Positions 27,032 to 42,854 of a DNA stretch of 64,000 nucleotides are shown here, piece by piece (positions within the stretch are counted from its first letter, which is position 1; every line of letters starts with the position of its first letter). The translations under genes were made by a program, and so were the position numbers. The notes below the pieces were generated by a model that was given only the letters and a program-made list of their open reading frames with translations, searched no databases and was not told the DNA's origin. This stretch comes from Auanema rhodensis (taxonomy: Eukaryota; Animalia; Nematoda), in contig OZ059895.1 in assembly GCA_964057225.1 (NCBI GenBank), forward strand, positions 19,096,001 through 19,160,000. Direction: 5' to 3'.

Positions 27032-28877
27032 GTAAACATATTTTTATGTAGCTCAATTACAAATCTGTTATCATATTTTTTTTCTATATATTATACATAA
27101 TTAATGATAATCATCATTCAAATATTTATTCTAAGCTAATTGTTTTCTTCTCAAATTTTGTAAAAATATCAATAACCAAACCACGTCATCGTCATGCTAA
27201 TCCAATCACATTTCTTTACCTCCATTTTAATTTGAAAAAAAAAACCATTTACACACACAACAACAACAGTAAAACAATCTAAGTCAAACAACCTCGGTAG
27301 GAAATTAATGAACTCTCAAGTTTGTATGAAAATAAATTTTATAAATAGTATATATACATAGATAAAACGTCAATTTGTCAACTTAAAAACTATATTTGTT
27401 TAGTTCACACTTAGTTCTTTGAGCAATAAAAACCGAATGAAACAAAATAGAATTTTTAAAATTTTTTTTCTCAATAAAAATATTTGCTCGAATAAGAAAA
27501 CAATTTGCTCAATTTCATTTGTTCTTCTTTTTGTCTTCTATGTCTTGTTTGTCCTATTATCACCAAAACTGTAATATGTAATATGAATAAAAATAGTTTT
27601 GTGCTTTACATTTATTATAATTTCAACTAAATGATTTTGAAAATCAGAAATTGAAAAACATTTCTGATTTCCGGATGAGAGTTTACATGAGATTTTTGTT
27701 TTCAAATACTAGTTCAATGCGACTTTAAAACGTATTCGACTGAACCATGAATTAATGACAAATCATTTGCTTCGGATGACAACAAACAGGAACAATAAGC
27801 TATTTCATGCGAAGGGTATGATTTAAAAGTTCGAAATTTGATGTGAATTTGACATATATTAATTGATTATCAATTCATTCCCCCCCAGGTAATTGATATA
27901 ATTGGGTAAAAATTGATGCTTCTGCTTCAACTAGTTTTACCGTTTCTACAAGAAAGAAAACAAATCAGAATACCATGTCAGAAAGATTATTGAAGTGCGT
28001 TTCTATACATCAGATACTAGCATCTAATTATCAGCTTCCACATAGTGAGGCTGTGACTGATTGTCACTAAGTCGAGCTTAGTTCAACAGTCAATTTCAAT
28101 TGACTATCCAAGACATTGCCAACTATTTTTCTCTGAGATTTCTCACGTTAGAACGAATTTATTTCCGAATTTACAATCAGTTAACGCTATAAACCTTGCG
28201 CATAATCCTAGGAGTAAAAGCTATGGAAGAGGCTATGAGAGAGAGCTTACAGATGTGTAGAGATATAGATCATATGAAAAAGAAAGGGAAGTAGAAGGCA
28301 CAAATAGAGAGAGAGAGAGACGAAGGGAAATGAAGAGTGAGAAAGTGAGTACTGAATGGCAAAATGATTAGGCTGGAAATGATACAAAGAATTGACTTCA
28401 TCATCAGCTAATTAACAAGAAAAGACCAAACTATCGCCTTGTTTAACGACCAGTTCCGTTTTGACATCAGCCCCTTCCTTTTATTCTTTTCTCTCTTTAT
28501 CTATGATACTCTCACTTATTCACTTTATACCTGTATCTCTTTCTCTTTAAATCGGCGGTCCTTTTTCTTCTATCGGATATGCTTGAAAATGCTGTTGATG
28601 AGGTGATAATGATGGGTGATAAGAGACGAATCACCGTTCAATCGTATTCCGAATTCTTGAATTATGTATTCGTGTTCCCAGATTTCAGTTTCAATATCTT
28701 CCAAATTAATTATCCGTTATATGTTTTTTATTTATTTTGAATTCTGTTCACAATGTGCAAAACGACTGAATTTAAACAGAAATTTTGTCTTTAATTTGTC
28801 TTTCTTTGCCATGTTTGTTTAAATTTTTCAATTAAAAATCATCGCAAAAAAAGTGATGACAGAAGACAGAAGACTAA

Positions 28878-28882
<5 letters not shown>

Positions 28883-28936
<54 letters not shown>

Positions 28937-28939
28937 GAG
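28883..28939. repeat. (GA)n microsatellite
   Basis: Near-perfect GA run. Confidence 0.95.
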
Positions 28940-30412
28940 AAGGTATGATCATGTACCTTCTTGCTACTTCTTCTCGTGTATCATCAATCTTCTATTGTCA
29001 TTTTATAATTTTTCCTTTTAAATCATATACATGAAGTATCTAATAGAATTTTCATATCCTTTTCTTCCTATTTCTGCCAAATAAAATATCAAGAAATTCA
29101 CACAAAATGGTTCATATAGTATTTTATGCTATATACTAATTTATTTCAAACATTGCATCATTAACTTTAGTAGTTCACTTTGCTTCAAAAAATTTTGAAA
29201 GCGGCTTAGTTTTCTGTGAGCACTTGATCAGGTGCTTAGATGCTATTCGAGATGGCCAGTTACGCTTCAATGCTTTAAAAAAAATCTTAGTTTTTTGTTT
29301 TTCTCCAACTCATTCATAACTTTAAAGTTGTAATCCAACAAGATCAAGAATATCCCATCTACTTATTCTTATATCATATTCAACTTCTCTTTCACTTTCA
29401 TATAGCATAATTATAAAATATTTCAAAAAATTCTATGTACTACTAGTCGAAACAGTTCACATTCTGTGGAATAAGATGAAACTTCCGATCTTCGTCTATC
29501 TGCTTACTGCTATGATCTTGCTTACATAGCTGCTTGTGAACTTAGACTTTTTGATCACATCCTCCGGTTGTGAACTTTTTCTTTTTAACAGCTTCTTCCT
29601 CGTTATTATCGTTTTTCATCTACTTAACTTCAAACTTAAGTTTTAAGTAAAAAATTACAAATAATTATGAAAGCAACATATAACAATTATTGATTATATG
29701 ATTAAGATATTAAAAATTAAAAAATGTATATTTCTTTAGAAACTTTCAATATTATAATTTTTTTCTAATTTAACTATATGTATATATATGAAAACATTAC
29801 ATATTTTATATTTATTATATAAAATCTCTCATCTCATGCTCTTGAATTAAAATTAAAAAAACGAGAAAGAATACTTGAAGTATAGGTATATCGCTCATAT
29901 TCTCATATTAGACATACCCTTCTGTACACAGCAGGGCTGATACGAACGATACCAGGTATGTTGCATGTTGAATATCTGACTAACTTTTAAAGTCTTCTAG
30001 TTGTGTTATTTTTGTTTAAATTATAATATTGATTTTAACTAAAATTCTGATAAAAGTCATTTCGATAATCATTGATTTTCAATCGATTTTCAATCGATTT
30101 GCATGCATTTTGAAGCCAGATGAGTCTGTTCCATTCTCTTCATTACACACTTTGTCTAAAAGATAGAGAGAGGGCGGACGAGAGAGAGAAATGAAACGGA
30201 TACAAGATATTCATCGGCAGCTGATACTTCCTATAGGAATAGCTAGTAGACATCTTATTCAATTTGATGTTTGATTTCATTTATTTCCATAAAGATTTTT
30301 GCATTTTATCATGATTCCATTCACTAAAGTATCACATTTAGCTTTTGTAACCAATAATTGCTTCAGGCTATGACTTTGTAACGGAGAATGTTTCAGCCTG
30401 TTCTCTTCTTAC

Positions 30413-30431
30413 TTCTCTCACTCTCTCTCTC

Positions 30432-30480
<49 letters not shown>

Positions 30481-30490
30481 ATATATATAT
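30413..30490. repeat. Compound (CT)n(AT)n microsatellite
   Basis: CT run followed by an AT run. Confidence 0.9.
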
Positions 30491-32074
30491 TTATCTATCT
30501 ATGTCTCATACTCCATTTCTTTCTATTTTTTCCCTCTTCTTCTCTCTAATTTTCTTTTTCTATATATCCTTCTCAAGCTATATATGCTTACAAGTTTTTT
30601 TTCTCAATTGATCTCCACGTTCTCAATATGAATAACTTGTGCGAGATTTACATAATGTAGATTATTATTTCTATTTTTATCATATTAACTATAAAGCTTG
30701 CTATACATCTTTTAATAATATTTTTCTCAATTAGAAACATATCACAACATTACTCGTTAGGCTTTACTCATGTTAGCCAATTGTTTTGGTTAATTTTCAA
30801 ATTTTTTACATTTTTACATTTACAACGCTTGATTGATGATCACTGGTTTGTTGATTGTTTGTTAAAATGACGGAAAAGTTTTAAAATCCTTAAACTATTT
30901 AAGAAAACTTTGTACTTATCTCTAAGTTATGAAAATTTGAATTGATTGTTTTTTCTCGAATCATAGTTTGGTAATTTTTGATTATCAGTTGCAAATGACT
31001 GATATACTTATCTTTCTCTTCTCTATAGTAATCATCTATTACATACTCATTATAAACGAATTAACTATATGATATAGTTAATATAAACTGTATTTGAGCT
31101 AAATAACATAAATTTGTAAAACTGCCTTTTCTTTCATTCTTGAAACTTTGCAATTTGAACACCTGACACTTCGTTTCACTAAGAACCCTTTTTCCGCCAC
31201 TAGCTCATTTACGAATACTTTATATCTTCCCCATCGTTCTTATATATTATAATAACTTACACATATTATTTCACATGTTACAAACTTTGTTTTTAGGAGA
31301 GATAGAGATAGCGAGATAGAGAAAGAGAGAGAGAGAGAGAAAGAGTTAATCTTTTCAAAAACTAATCGTATCATTCCTAATCCACATACATCTTTTCACA
31401 TCTTAATTTGAAAATATACTATTATCATTATTTTACTATATTATAGAACTTTAAAATATATTTGTGAATATAATAGTCGTATATTCAGCACAATTTTTCA
31501 TTCCCTCCACATGTTGTCGATCATCTAAAACTTTTATTCTCATCACATCCAGACAACTAGATGATCTTCCCTCTATTCTTTTCCCTAAAACCTCTATTCC
31601 TGTGTGGATTGCTCAATTGGCTTCTTTTTCAATTCTTCAACTTTCCATCTTGTATCACATCACCTTCTGTTGGAATTTGTTTTTGAATTATTCAAAATAA
31701 TAAAAGTTACCTTTATAGTTTTTCAATCTAACTTCCTTAAAATCATTCTTCAATTAGACAAATTTACCCAAATATTACACCCAGATTATAAATATTTATT
31801 ATATTATTAACTACATTAATATTAACAATAAAAGTTTGTTGAATGTTTTTATCTCTTTTAATATTAATTTATTTGTTGTTTTTCTTATTTTCTCTCACAT
31901 ATATTAATAAGTCTTAACATGTTTATTCATATTAATTTTTAAAATCTTTTTATTTTATTTATTTCAAAACAACGTTTTATTTTCAGTTGCCCTTTATACT
32001 CAACTACTTTACGTGTTAATATTTTAGTAAGGGCATCATCGAACTGAGTATTACACCTAGGATATTAGGATAAT

Positions 32075-35000
32075 ATGAGCACAACAGGCCATTATCATCG
32101 AAGGTAATAGTAATGCTTCCTCGTTTCATCTTCTTATTCCATATTTAAAATTTATTTTTAATGTATTTGTTCATCCTGACCAATGGGTCTACAAGCAGCT
32201 ACTTAAATTCCACTAAGCGTCTTTCAGATGGTCAGCCGGAACAGCTGGATCATCAGTTCCATCATCAAGCTCTTTGACCAGTACAGTTGAGCCGAGTACC
32301 TATGGCACAAGGTAATATATATATATAAGAATAAATACATTTTGCTATACATTTATGTAAATACTTTCAAGCTATCTGTTAGAATTATCAAACTTTGTGT
32401 TAACATATCCTATCTTATTCGATTTCAGTTGGAATTCAGTGAGGTGGAATAAACCAAATACAGGAACAGGCTATCGTAGTCTATCTACTTTGGCATCACA
32501 TTTTGAACCACGAGCTTCATCAACTTCTCATTATTCTCCGTCTCCTATAGGAAGAACTACAACCAAGCCGTCTAGGTAAGCAAATTATATATATATATAT
32601 AACTTCTTGTTCTACCTCTTTTACATTTTCTATTTTTCACAATCATCATTCAATCGTCCGGAAAATCATTAAGCTTTACAATTTGTTGAACCAATGTAAC
32701 TGAATTGAGTTTACTAAACAACTGAGATCAAAGAACTTCAAATCTAGACTATATGTGATAGCTTTCTTCACATTTCCTTGTTTTCACACTTTCTTTCGAA
32801 ATATTTTAGTCGGATGGCATTTTCAATAATATTTCATTAATTCAAACTACACAGAAAAGCATATGTTCTATCTCACAAACGAACAGTATTCAGCTGGAAA
32901 ACTGAACAAAATGTTTTTTTTTATATTTCAAATGAGATTTCGATTTTGATTCATCGAATTTGATTTTTTTCTGTTCAGAATTCTCAGAATATAGATAGAT
33001 ATATACGTTGTGATCAATGAGAACAGAACGGTTGAAGAGCATTTGCACATCTCTGAGATAAACTCAATAATCAGTCAACTGTTCTCATTTCTGAAAATTT
33101 TCAAAAAAAAAACAAAAAAAAACAGAGAGCTGATCTCTTTTTGAACCTCTTATTGGCATATTATCAACTTATTTATCATTCAAATAATATAACGATTTCA
33201 ATTATTATAGCTATGTTATTTTTTTTTTATTTTTAGTCGTTATAATGTAGCTATGAGTAATGCTGCTCGACATGCTGCAAACATAGCCAGGTATCGATGT
33301 TTATCGTGTAATTCCGATAATCATTAGTAATAGTATTAGAAAGTTTAAAACCTAAAACCCATATTTAATATTCAATTATTCACATTTTTCTGTGTTTTTC
33401 TCATTAAAAGATTTTTTATGTTTTACACGTCGTCTGTCATTTGTTTGAATTAAACTGTTCTATTGAGTGTCAGTTAGATTTATGATTCTTATTCTATTTT
33501 TTAAACCTTTATTCAAAAAATATATTAAATCTTTGATTTTTTTTAAAAGTTTAAATTGTTTAACATCGATAACCTCAAATTTTTTTATAACTTAAAAATA
33601 TAATTGTTTAGCTTGGGGCCATCAGTGTCAGTTCGAGCATCACGTTTTGATAGTACTATACGTGATCAAAAAGATAAATATCGGACAGAAGCTCGAGATT
33701 TAATTAATAAATGGACAAGTCGTGAACGAAATACAAACGCTTCAGGTATGTAATACTAAATATACATGAGCTTATAGCAAATATTTTGACATTTTTAATT
33801 TTTATGTGCTAAGTTCGATTATGCTTAAAAAGTTTATAATTTTTGATCTTTCATTTTATCTCAAAATATCATTTTAATGAAATTTTATTCAAATTTTCAA
33901 TAGCGCGACTGTATTTCTATTTGAATTTTATTTTTTTTTAAATATTTCCAGTTGAGCCATCATACATTTCTCGCAAAACTGACAGTTCATCATTATCATC
34001 TACAGCTTATCGTTAGTTATGAAAATATTTTAGAATTATGATACAGGAAAATATAATTAATAACATTTATATGATCTATTTAGCTTATCGTACATCAACC
34101 ATTACCCCAAGAGCTCATTCCACATCTGTATCGAGATTCTCTTCCTATGATAGACCAAGTAACTCGTACATGTCTCCTTCACCAACACCACAATCACAGT
34201 ATGTTCAATTTTATGAAACTTTAATATATATCTAATCTATTATTCCTTATTCACATATATTATATTTTTCTTTTTCAAATTTGTTTTGTTATTTGTTATA
34301 TTATTATTCAGATGGTCATTCTCTACACCTTACCTACCGTAAGTTGACGAATAAATAAGCTGTTCCTAGAAACATAATACCTCATTAGAGCTTTAAAAAA
34401 TTTTGATCTTAATAACCTCAGTATCTCCATTCATTTTAACTTTTTATTTCATTGTTTTGTTTTACATTAGAAAATATAATATAATAAGGTTTCATATTAT
34501 TTATGTAATAATCATTTTTCTTTACAGTACCCTGAAGTCCGAACGACCATGGCGGCAACGGATGGCTGAATCACAACGTATCCGAGCTACTCATGGTGAT
34601 GAAGTGAGTGCTGCTTACATGGCTTCGAGGCAGCGGCGGGCTTCATCATCACGTCGTGGAAGTCTGTCTCAGACCAGCGATATTGATGATACGCCGCTGT
34701 CATCAGCCTTACTTCTTCGAAATTTTGGTTCTACATCGAATAGCAATCGTCCTTGCAATCTAGCAAACAGTGCTTCTTCTCCTTCTTGCTCTGGGGTGCG
34801 TAGTCAGATCGGTAGTATCTCTGTAGCTTTATATCATTGCTTTCCACGTCAGTCACATTGGCTTCAACCTTATACCGTCTCTCGTTACATCATCTCGTCG
34901 TCAACGTCGTCATACTTGTGCCATCAGCTATAGGACAGCACAAGCAAATACACAAAGACATGCAAGCATATACACTTCACGTTGATGCACGAGATGCCTT

Positions 35001-38000
35001 GTTAAGAGAACTTTGATACAATCACGTGTACACGTCTACTATATCTCACCCGCATTCTGTAGTTTTGAAGTTATCTAAACCTTTTTCGTTTCACCTCTTG
35101 CTTGCATTTTTTTTAGTTTATACAGTAGATTAGTTTAGATTGGAATGAGTTTTCTATTATCATTTTGATTGCTTTTTATTTGTTCATAATATATGTTAGT
35201 TAACACAACACCCTCATTTTACAATTTCAAATGTTATTATTTTCTTTTATTATAATAATATTATAATTTTTAGTTATCATCACGACACAGAGATAGTTCT
35301 GTTTATGGACCGAATTCAAGATTTACTTCATCATTTGCTTCATATTCTGGTTATAAACCAACGGAAGATACTCCAACAAGCAAATATATGTCAAGGTATA
35401 TATTGACAATATAAAATAATTTGTATTTATTATTACATACTCATATTGTTTCATGTTTTTAGAAGTTATTCACCAATTCGTTGTTCAAGCGATGTTTTCA
35501 AAAATCCGACTTCTAGAACTGTAACTCATACTACTGAAAGGTTTGATGTTGCAATATTTATCAAACTAACTCATAATAGACTCATCTATTACTTTATATA
35601 TGTATTTCAGACAATCAAGTCAGGAGTCTATCAATAATCGTGATGATCTTAATCGTGATAAGTACGTGTCAGCTATTCCGAAAAATCCATCTATACGAGA
35701 GAGCAGTAAGGAAAAAGAATTAGATAAACGTCGATATAGCAGCAGCAAAGAGAGAAGTTTGTTGAAAAAAATAAAATATCATAATGTAGTCTAGAATAAG
35801 GTTCATTATGTGTAAAATCAATAAAATAAATGATTGGTGAACTTATAAAACAAAAAGAAAGACATGGATGTATATGGAGAGGACAGTGTCCTGCGTGTTG
35901 CCTTCACCTTTTAACCAAATTTGTAACTCATATTGATTCATATAGATCAATAAGAAGTTATTGTTCTTATCTATATTTTCTACTATTAACCATTATAATC
36001 TGGCTAAATACTACAATAATATATTCATAAATTTCAAATATAGAAGAGCACACTCAACATTTTTATTTTTTAGCTGCTAGACGTAATTCCCGCCAACGTA
36101 GCTTTAACTTGGAAACAACTTCTTCGAGTGAAGAAGACATAGCAGTGAAAGAAGAAACAAGGAAACAGAGAAGACGAAAGATAAAACGATCCGGAACAGC
36201 AGAATGTAAGTCATATTTCAAAGAATTACTTCCTATCAATTATAATATTCATTTTAGTAGCTTCATCAATTCCGCCTATCGTTTCAGTAAGTTTTTTTAT
36301 GAGAAAATGCTCTTTAAAATCTGGCGTATGCGTTCTGCGCTCTTACTATTCCTGTCTTTGTGATAGAAAAGTGGGAAAAAAATGAAAGCGTTGTTAATCA
36401 AGCGAATAACAGATTGAAATCTTCAATGTACACACTTGAAGCATTTCTCATATTGAATAGAAGACTATTAGCTTAACGCCCTGTGAATCAGCCACTAACA
36501 CAAAGAAACTACTGTTCATATCTCTAAATTACTTTTTTTTATTACAATTTTGACCAATATTTACTGATATTTGCTATTACAGAGTTTTCTTTTACATATA
36601 CATCCATACATATATGCTAGCACATGATTCTCGTCTGCATATTATATCTGATTTTAAGAGTTTCACTCATATTTCGCCAAGATACTTTCCGAACATTAAA
36701 AAATAAAGTATAAAAAAATAATAAAAAAACATTAGGTTTACATATTTAGATTTATAATTATATTTTATTTATAGACATCTCTGAATAAGCTGTCAACTAA
36801 TAATAATGAGTATGTGTTTGATTTTAATTTTAATTATATAAATTAGCAAATAATTAATATTTCATTTTAGTATCATATTGGCGCCTCAGGATACTGTTAC
36901 AGGTTCATCTTCTTTCGTTAAGTTTACCTTTGAATTCATATATAACTTCAGAAATCACAAATCAAATAGTTGATCTTGCTAATAAAGATATCCCACTATC
37001 TCCACCTACCACTCCACGTACGATACGAAAATTATCTAAAAACGGATTGTCACGGGCTCCATCTAAAAGCCAAATTATAAGTAAGTTTTAAGTTTGCATA
37101 AGTCATATAATAGATTGCAAAAATAGGAATGTTAGACATATATTTTTTTCAGAAAGCCCTTCGATCGTAGAAGTACCAGGCATCTCGAAATCGGAATCAG
37201 TGTCTAGCGTCAAATCCAACAGTTTTAAAACAGCGCCATCAGAGTCACAGAAGAAAATTTTATTGGTTTGCTTTTCTTTAAAATTCCAAAAAATTAAAAT
37301 ACTGAGAGGGATTCATTTATTTTTTTCATTAATTTCATATAATATCATTGCATGTAATATAAATTACTTGACATTCTTCTTACAATAATAATAATTAAGT
37401 TAATTTAGATTGCTTAGCAAATTCATTTAGTTTTAACAGCTTTTTCTAGAGCTGCATGTCTTACATAGTTTATATAGTATTTATCTAACATTTCAGTCTA
37501 ATTCACTCGACAATATAGATGACTTGACGTATGATAGCTGTGAGGTTGGTAGCTTGTAGTCATATCATATATGTTTTCTTTATTAATTTTGCTTCTGTTT
37601 GTTTTTATCATTTTCTCATCACAAATACTTATTACAATTTCAATTTTATTTTCTATAATTTCTTATTTCAATATAGGATGGTTCAACACAAGATGATGAG
37701 TCCCAATATAGTGCTGTTGCTCATTTTAAACCATTTAAGGTAACTTTAGTATATTATATGAAATATCATATCAATTTGTTTGCTTTAGCCAATGGTTAAA
37801 AGACTTGCTCCAGTACCTGGATTATGGAACATGGCTGGTGGAGAAGAAAATATTAGCAAAAACAAAGCTTTAAACCGGTTAGCATCAATTTGTATTTTCT
37901 GATAAACTTAATTGATTCTTCTGTTTTCAGCGAGGAATCATCTGCTTGCACTTTTCTTGTTCTTGAAGTTAAACCTAACGAGTCTTCTACAAAAAAAATC

Positions 38001-41000
38001 CGATCACCTTCCGTCAAGTCTGTGGCAAAAAAAACGGATGTGACAGGTCAAAAATTACATAAAGTTGAAACGGGTGGTACAGCTTTGAAGAGTAATGAAG
38101 AAAAAATTGAAAACTCTGAGAAAGCTAGAGAAAAACCTAAGAAGGTAAATAACATTAACATTAAATTTAAATAATTGAATTCCTTCAATAGATTTTACCG
38201 AAGAAAGTGGCAAAGGTTTCTGAAGATTCAATTTCTAAACCAACTATCAAGCAGGTGCAAACCACAGAGGTTATTCATTTCACTATAAAAATTTTATTTA
38301 ATCATACCACATTGACTTTAGATAAACAAAATATTGACACAAAAGCAGAAATCTGCCTCAGTTTCGACTATCTGGAAAGATAAGCCAAGGTAATCATTAC
38401 TGTAATAGCTTCTACCCATAAATTCTGTCTGTTCTCTTCCAAAATATTTTTTCTAATTCATTTGATTATACACTTAAAACTACATGAACATAACAGAGAT
38501 TCAGTGGCGCTGTGGTAAAGCGTTAAGTAGGACTAGGACCTTAGCTGGTTCGATTCCTGTCTATGATTAGATTATTCTACTGTTCACGTACCGATTATCC
38601 ATGAGTTTACATCCTTCTATGAGACAGAAAACAACGTAAAAATTTTGGTCTATGAAGTTTATTTTAATTTAATATACCATCACGATGAAGCATCCTTTTG
38701 TTAAGTTTGTCCTTTCAACAATGAACTTGTGTAGTTTATAAATCGATCTATTCAATTATTTGTTTATTCATGTTCTTCCTACCGAAACGTCCTTAAAGCT
38801 TAAGGCTATCTCTCGTTCTTCACGACTTTCATATGAGAAAAAGCACGATGAAGAGACTAAGAACGCGCGTACTAGCTCTATCTCCTACTGCTATTGAAAG
38901 CCCGCGCATATGTTTTAATGGGTGATGCTAATGTTGCCACTGAGCAGATTCCGCTTCAATTCCCCTGTTTTTTATTAATCTCGTCTATTTTCACTATAAT
39001 ATATTCACATATCTGTGTTTCAGAGATAAAGTAGCTTTGAGAAAAATTCGATCAGCACCAACTCTTCAAGAAATTGGACTCGACAAGACGTTAACGAAGA
39101 AATCTGTTACTATACGTATTGTCAAAGTGCATAGGCCTCCACAGTACGATTTTAAAGATGAAGAAGAAATACTTTGAAAAATTTCAATTTTTTAGAAAAG
39201 TAAATGATTCTGTGAAGCTGAACTGTAAAGAACCAACTGTCAAAGCTGTAACAACCAATGAAACAATTGCAAATAAGGAACAAGCGTGTGGAGCTCAGGT
39301 GAAGAAAAGCAGCTTGCTCAAGTTAACGTCTGAGCATCTGAAATCTCTGAGCATCTTTCCATTTGTTGTAACATATAACTTCTAATTAAGAAAATTCCAG
39401 GTAATAGTTGATACACCTCAGAAAGGAATTAATATCAGCAAACTTCGCAAGAATATCAAAGCAGTTAAGAAAGAATTGTAATTTAATATTTCATGTTAAA
39501 CAAATGTATGATCTTAATTCAGATACAAGCCTGAAATCGCTATTGAACCAACATATGACGAGAAGTTTACAACTAATTTGAATCCAACATATATTGAGGT
39601 TAGAAAAGTTTCGTTTAGATTAGCAAAAACATTTCATAGTTTTCTCCTTTGCGAGCAATATGCTAAAAACTGAAAACATATGCATCTCCCATGTTTCAGC
39701 AAGACATACGCAGGTCAGCATCCAGAGCAGCTGAAGTGTTAGATGAGATGAGAGATACGGAACCATCTATGGAGTGGAATCGGGTATGGTTGTTTAATAT
39801 TTAATGAAATTACACGAAGCTGTTTATTAACGAGTTGGATCCCTTATAAACAAAAATATCGTTAGCAAATAATATATAATATTTAGTAAATAGAACATTT
39901 TAATGTGTAGGTTTTTATAAAATAGTAAACATGATTAAGATGGAGGACAAAAGGTAACTAACATAGATAAAAAAGGGACGGGAAGTGAGAAATTGAGAAA
40001 AGAAAAGAAAGAAACGAGGAAAAGAGAAGGAGAGAGAAAGAGAGGTAAAGAGAGAGATGAAGAAAGCGATTCAAACTTATATAAAAATCAGAATATTCTA
40101 CTGAATATATACCACTCTGGCCACTTCACTATGAACAAATCATATGGTGAATATTTTTCCGAACGGAGAGATAACAGCACATAAAGGAAGAACATAGCAT
40201 ATGAATTATGCTTAAGAATGGAAGACAGATAGAGATACAACAGCGAGAGAAATGAAGAGCGAAAGAAAGAGAGAGAGAGAGAAAGAGAAAGAGAGAAAGA
40301 CATAGGTTGCGAAAAAGTAAAGGCTATGCATCAGGCTTCAGTCGTGTCACTTCCTCTGTTCTTCTCTTTACTACCACCTAGCCTATTCTCCATTTTACAT
40401 ATTTCCTCTCTCTCTAGTTATTCTCATCAGTATAACTGCCTGTTACTCTCATCTTTTGACCCTTTATTTTCCTCCTTTTCTTATTCTCTCTGACTGATCA
40501 TTTCATCTGTCTTTTTCAATCGTCTCCCTATCCCTTCAACTGATTGTTACACGAGCCGTTGCCCCCTTGTGGTGTGTACTCCCGAGAAGCTGCAACTGCA
40601 AAACATTTCAGTTCCGACGGACTATGATTACAACTTGCCTAATCTCTCAAAATTTTACTTTGTTCATTGTCTGTAGAGACTTTATTTTTCATAATCGTAT
40701 CTATAAAATCCGTTTCGGTCCTAGCGATTTGCTTATTAGTATTCCAAACCCACAAGCCAGTTTAATCATATTCAGCTTCTAATGTTCTGGTTAACCCCGA
40801 CAGCATAAATTCAAAAGAGTCTTTTCGGACCAATTGAAGAAGGGTGACGATCATAAAGTTTAGCCACATCTGCTAGGCCAATTTCTTTATTTTTTTATTT
40901 TCTTTAATTTGAATCATATGACCTTTATAACATTTTTTCTTTTTCTGCCATCATAAAAAAAAGAAAAAAACGTAATAGTTTTGAGTAGATTTTTGATTCA

Positions 41001-42789
41001 TTTTCCTGAACCTTTCTTGTTTTTTCTGCTCACATCTTTTGCGTTCAATGCTTTTATTGCTGTCAAAACATCATCCGATAACAAAAAAATAAAACGATAT
41101 GATAAGGATATTAGTAAATCCACTTGTGTGTTAAACGGCAATGATGTGTGGGAAAAAAAATGAAAAAGCTTGTATAGATAGATGAGAATGAATAAGACGG
41201 TGAGAGATAAAATAAGAAATGAGATTTTGTGAAGAAAATTCCTAAGGAAGAAGTCGAAGCACAGCTGTCTTCACCTCACATAATCTTAGCGTAAATTCAA
41301 GAAAACTGTTTTGTTTGTTTCTTGGAATAATATTTGTCAAACATAATTGCAAATAAAAGTAAAACGCTTTGATTTTTATTTATAATCTGATTTCTTTTGT
41401 ATATATAAGAGGCTATTATTTTTATTTTTTCATTAACTGCATTATAGGACGATCTTGAAAATTCCAGTGTACTTATACTTCCGGATAAGTCTGTATTAGA
41501 AGAATACGTCAGACGGTATATTTGAATTAACTTTTCTTTCTAAACATGGAAAAGAATATAATATTATTTCTTATTTAGTTATTTATTTATTTTTATACTT
41601 ATTGAAACAATATAAAATAATTTATTAAAATTAATTTTAAAACAAAACAAAACAAACAAATTCTTCATTGGCGTACACTTGTCCATATATTCTATATGTC
41701 TCTTCTCACTTTTTTCTTTTAGTAAATTTGGTGTGAACAACATATTTTCATCCAATTATATTTTTAAAAAATTATATCATATAGGTAAACTAGAACTTTA
41801 ATTTCAGGAAACGAGGTCGATTAGAGAGATTACATTCTGAGCCAATTCACGAACGTGACGAGTTATCAGATCGTGTTTCACCCTGTCCGTCCACTACCTC
41901 AGAACTTCTTCCAGCTTGCACATGTACGAATTTTAATTTTTTTTGTCTAATTTCAATGAATGTGAAATGTATATATGATTTTATTTTTTTCCCTGTTTAG
42001 CTCGAATCTTTCATCCATCATCTTATGGTCATTCGTTTATAACGACACCATCAAGAAATACATCTATTGAGCCTGTTTCAACATCAGCAACTCCAACTAT
42101 TGCTGGATCTGCTATGCTTTTGGATTCCATTCAGCCAACATCTAGTTACAATAATTTTAACTGTACTCCTCAAGGATTTCTCAGGTTTTCTCAACAAGCT
42201 TTTTGGCGTGCTCATTCAATGATTAATTTTGACTTTCAGAGCTAATACAGCAAGAGCTCAATGTGCACGTCCCATACAGTTTGAAGCTCCAAAAAGTGCT
42301 TTCGAGGAACGGATGCAAATGCAAGCAAATGTCATACGAAAAGCCTCTGTTAATTCTACAACATCAGATGATGCAAAAACAGTAAGACATTGTTACACAT
42401 TTATTCTAATAAGCCTATAATCCTTAACGTCAATACGATATTTCACTTTCTGAGCTTATTATGATCTACCTCAGTGAGGATAAGCATGTATATGAAAAAG
42501 CTGACATATATACACACAATGACAAGTCAAAATTTGCTCTTCTTTATTCTTATTCATCATTGAGTCCCTAGTTCTTTCGCTCTGCTCTTACCCACTTATA
42601 CTCGGAACTTTGTTTATTTTCTCATAGTTTTTGATAAACAAAGATTTAAAAGAGAAAATTAAATAGCCTTGTACATATGTATAATTATGATTTTGAAGTG
42701 CTATATCTCTGTTTCTCAGTTCAACATCTCGTTATGTAATATGTTGAAGTTTTTTCTCTTTATTCATGTTTACTTTTATATTATAAAAG

Positions 42790-42854
<65 letters not shown>

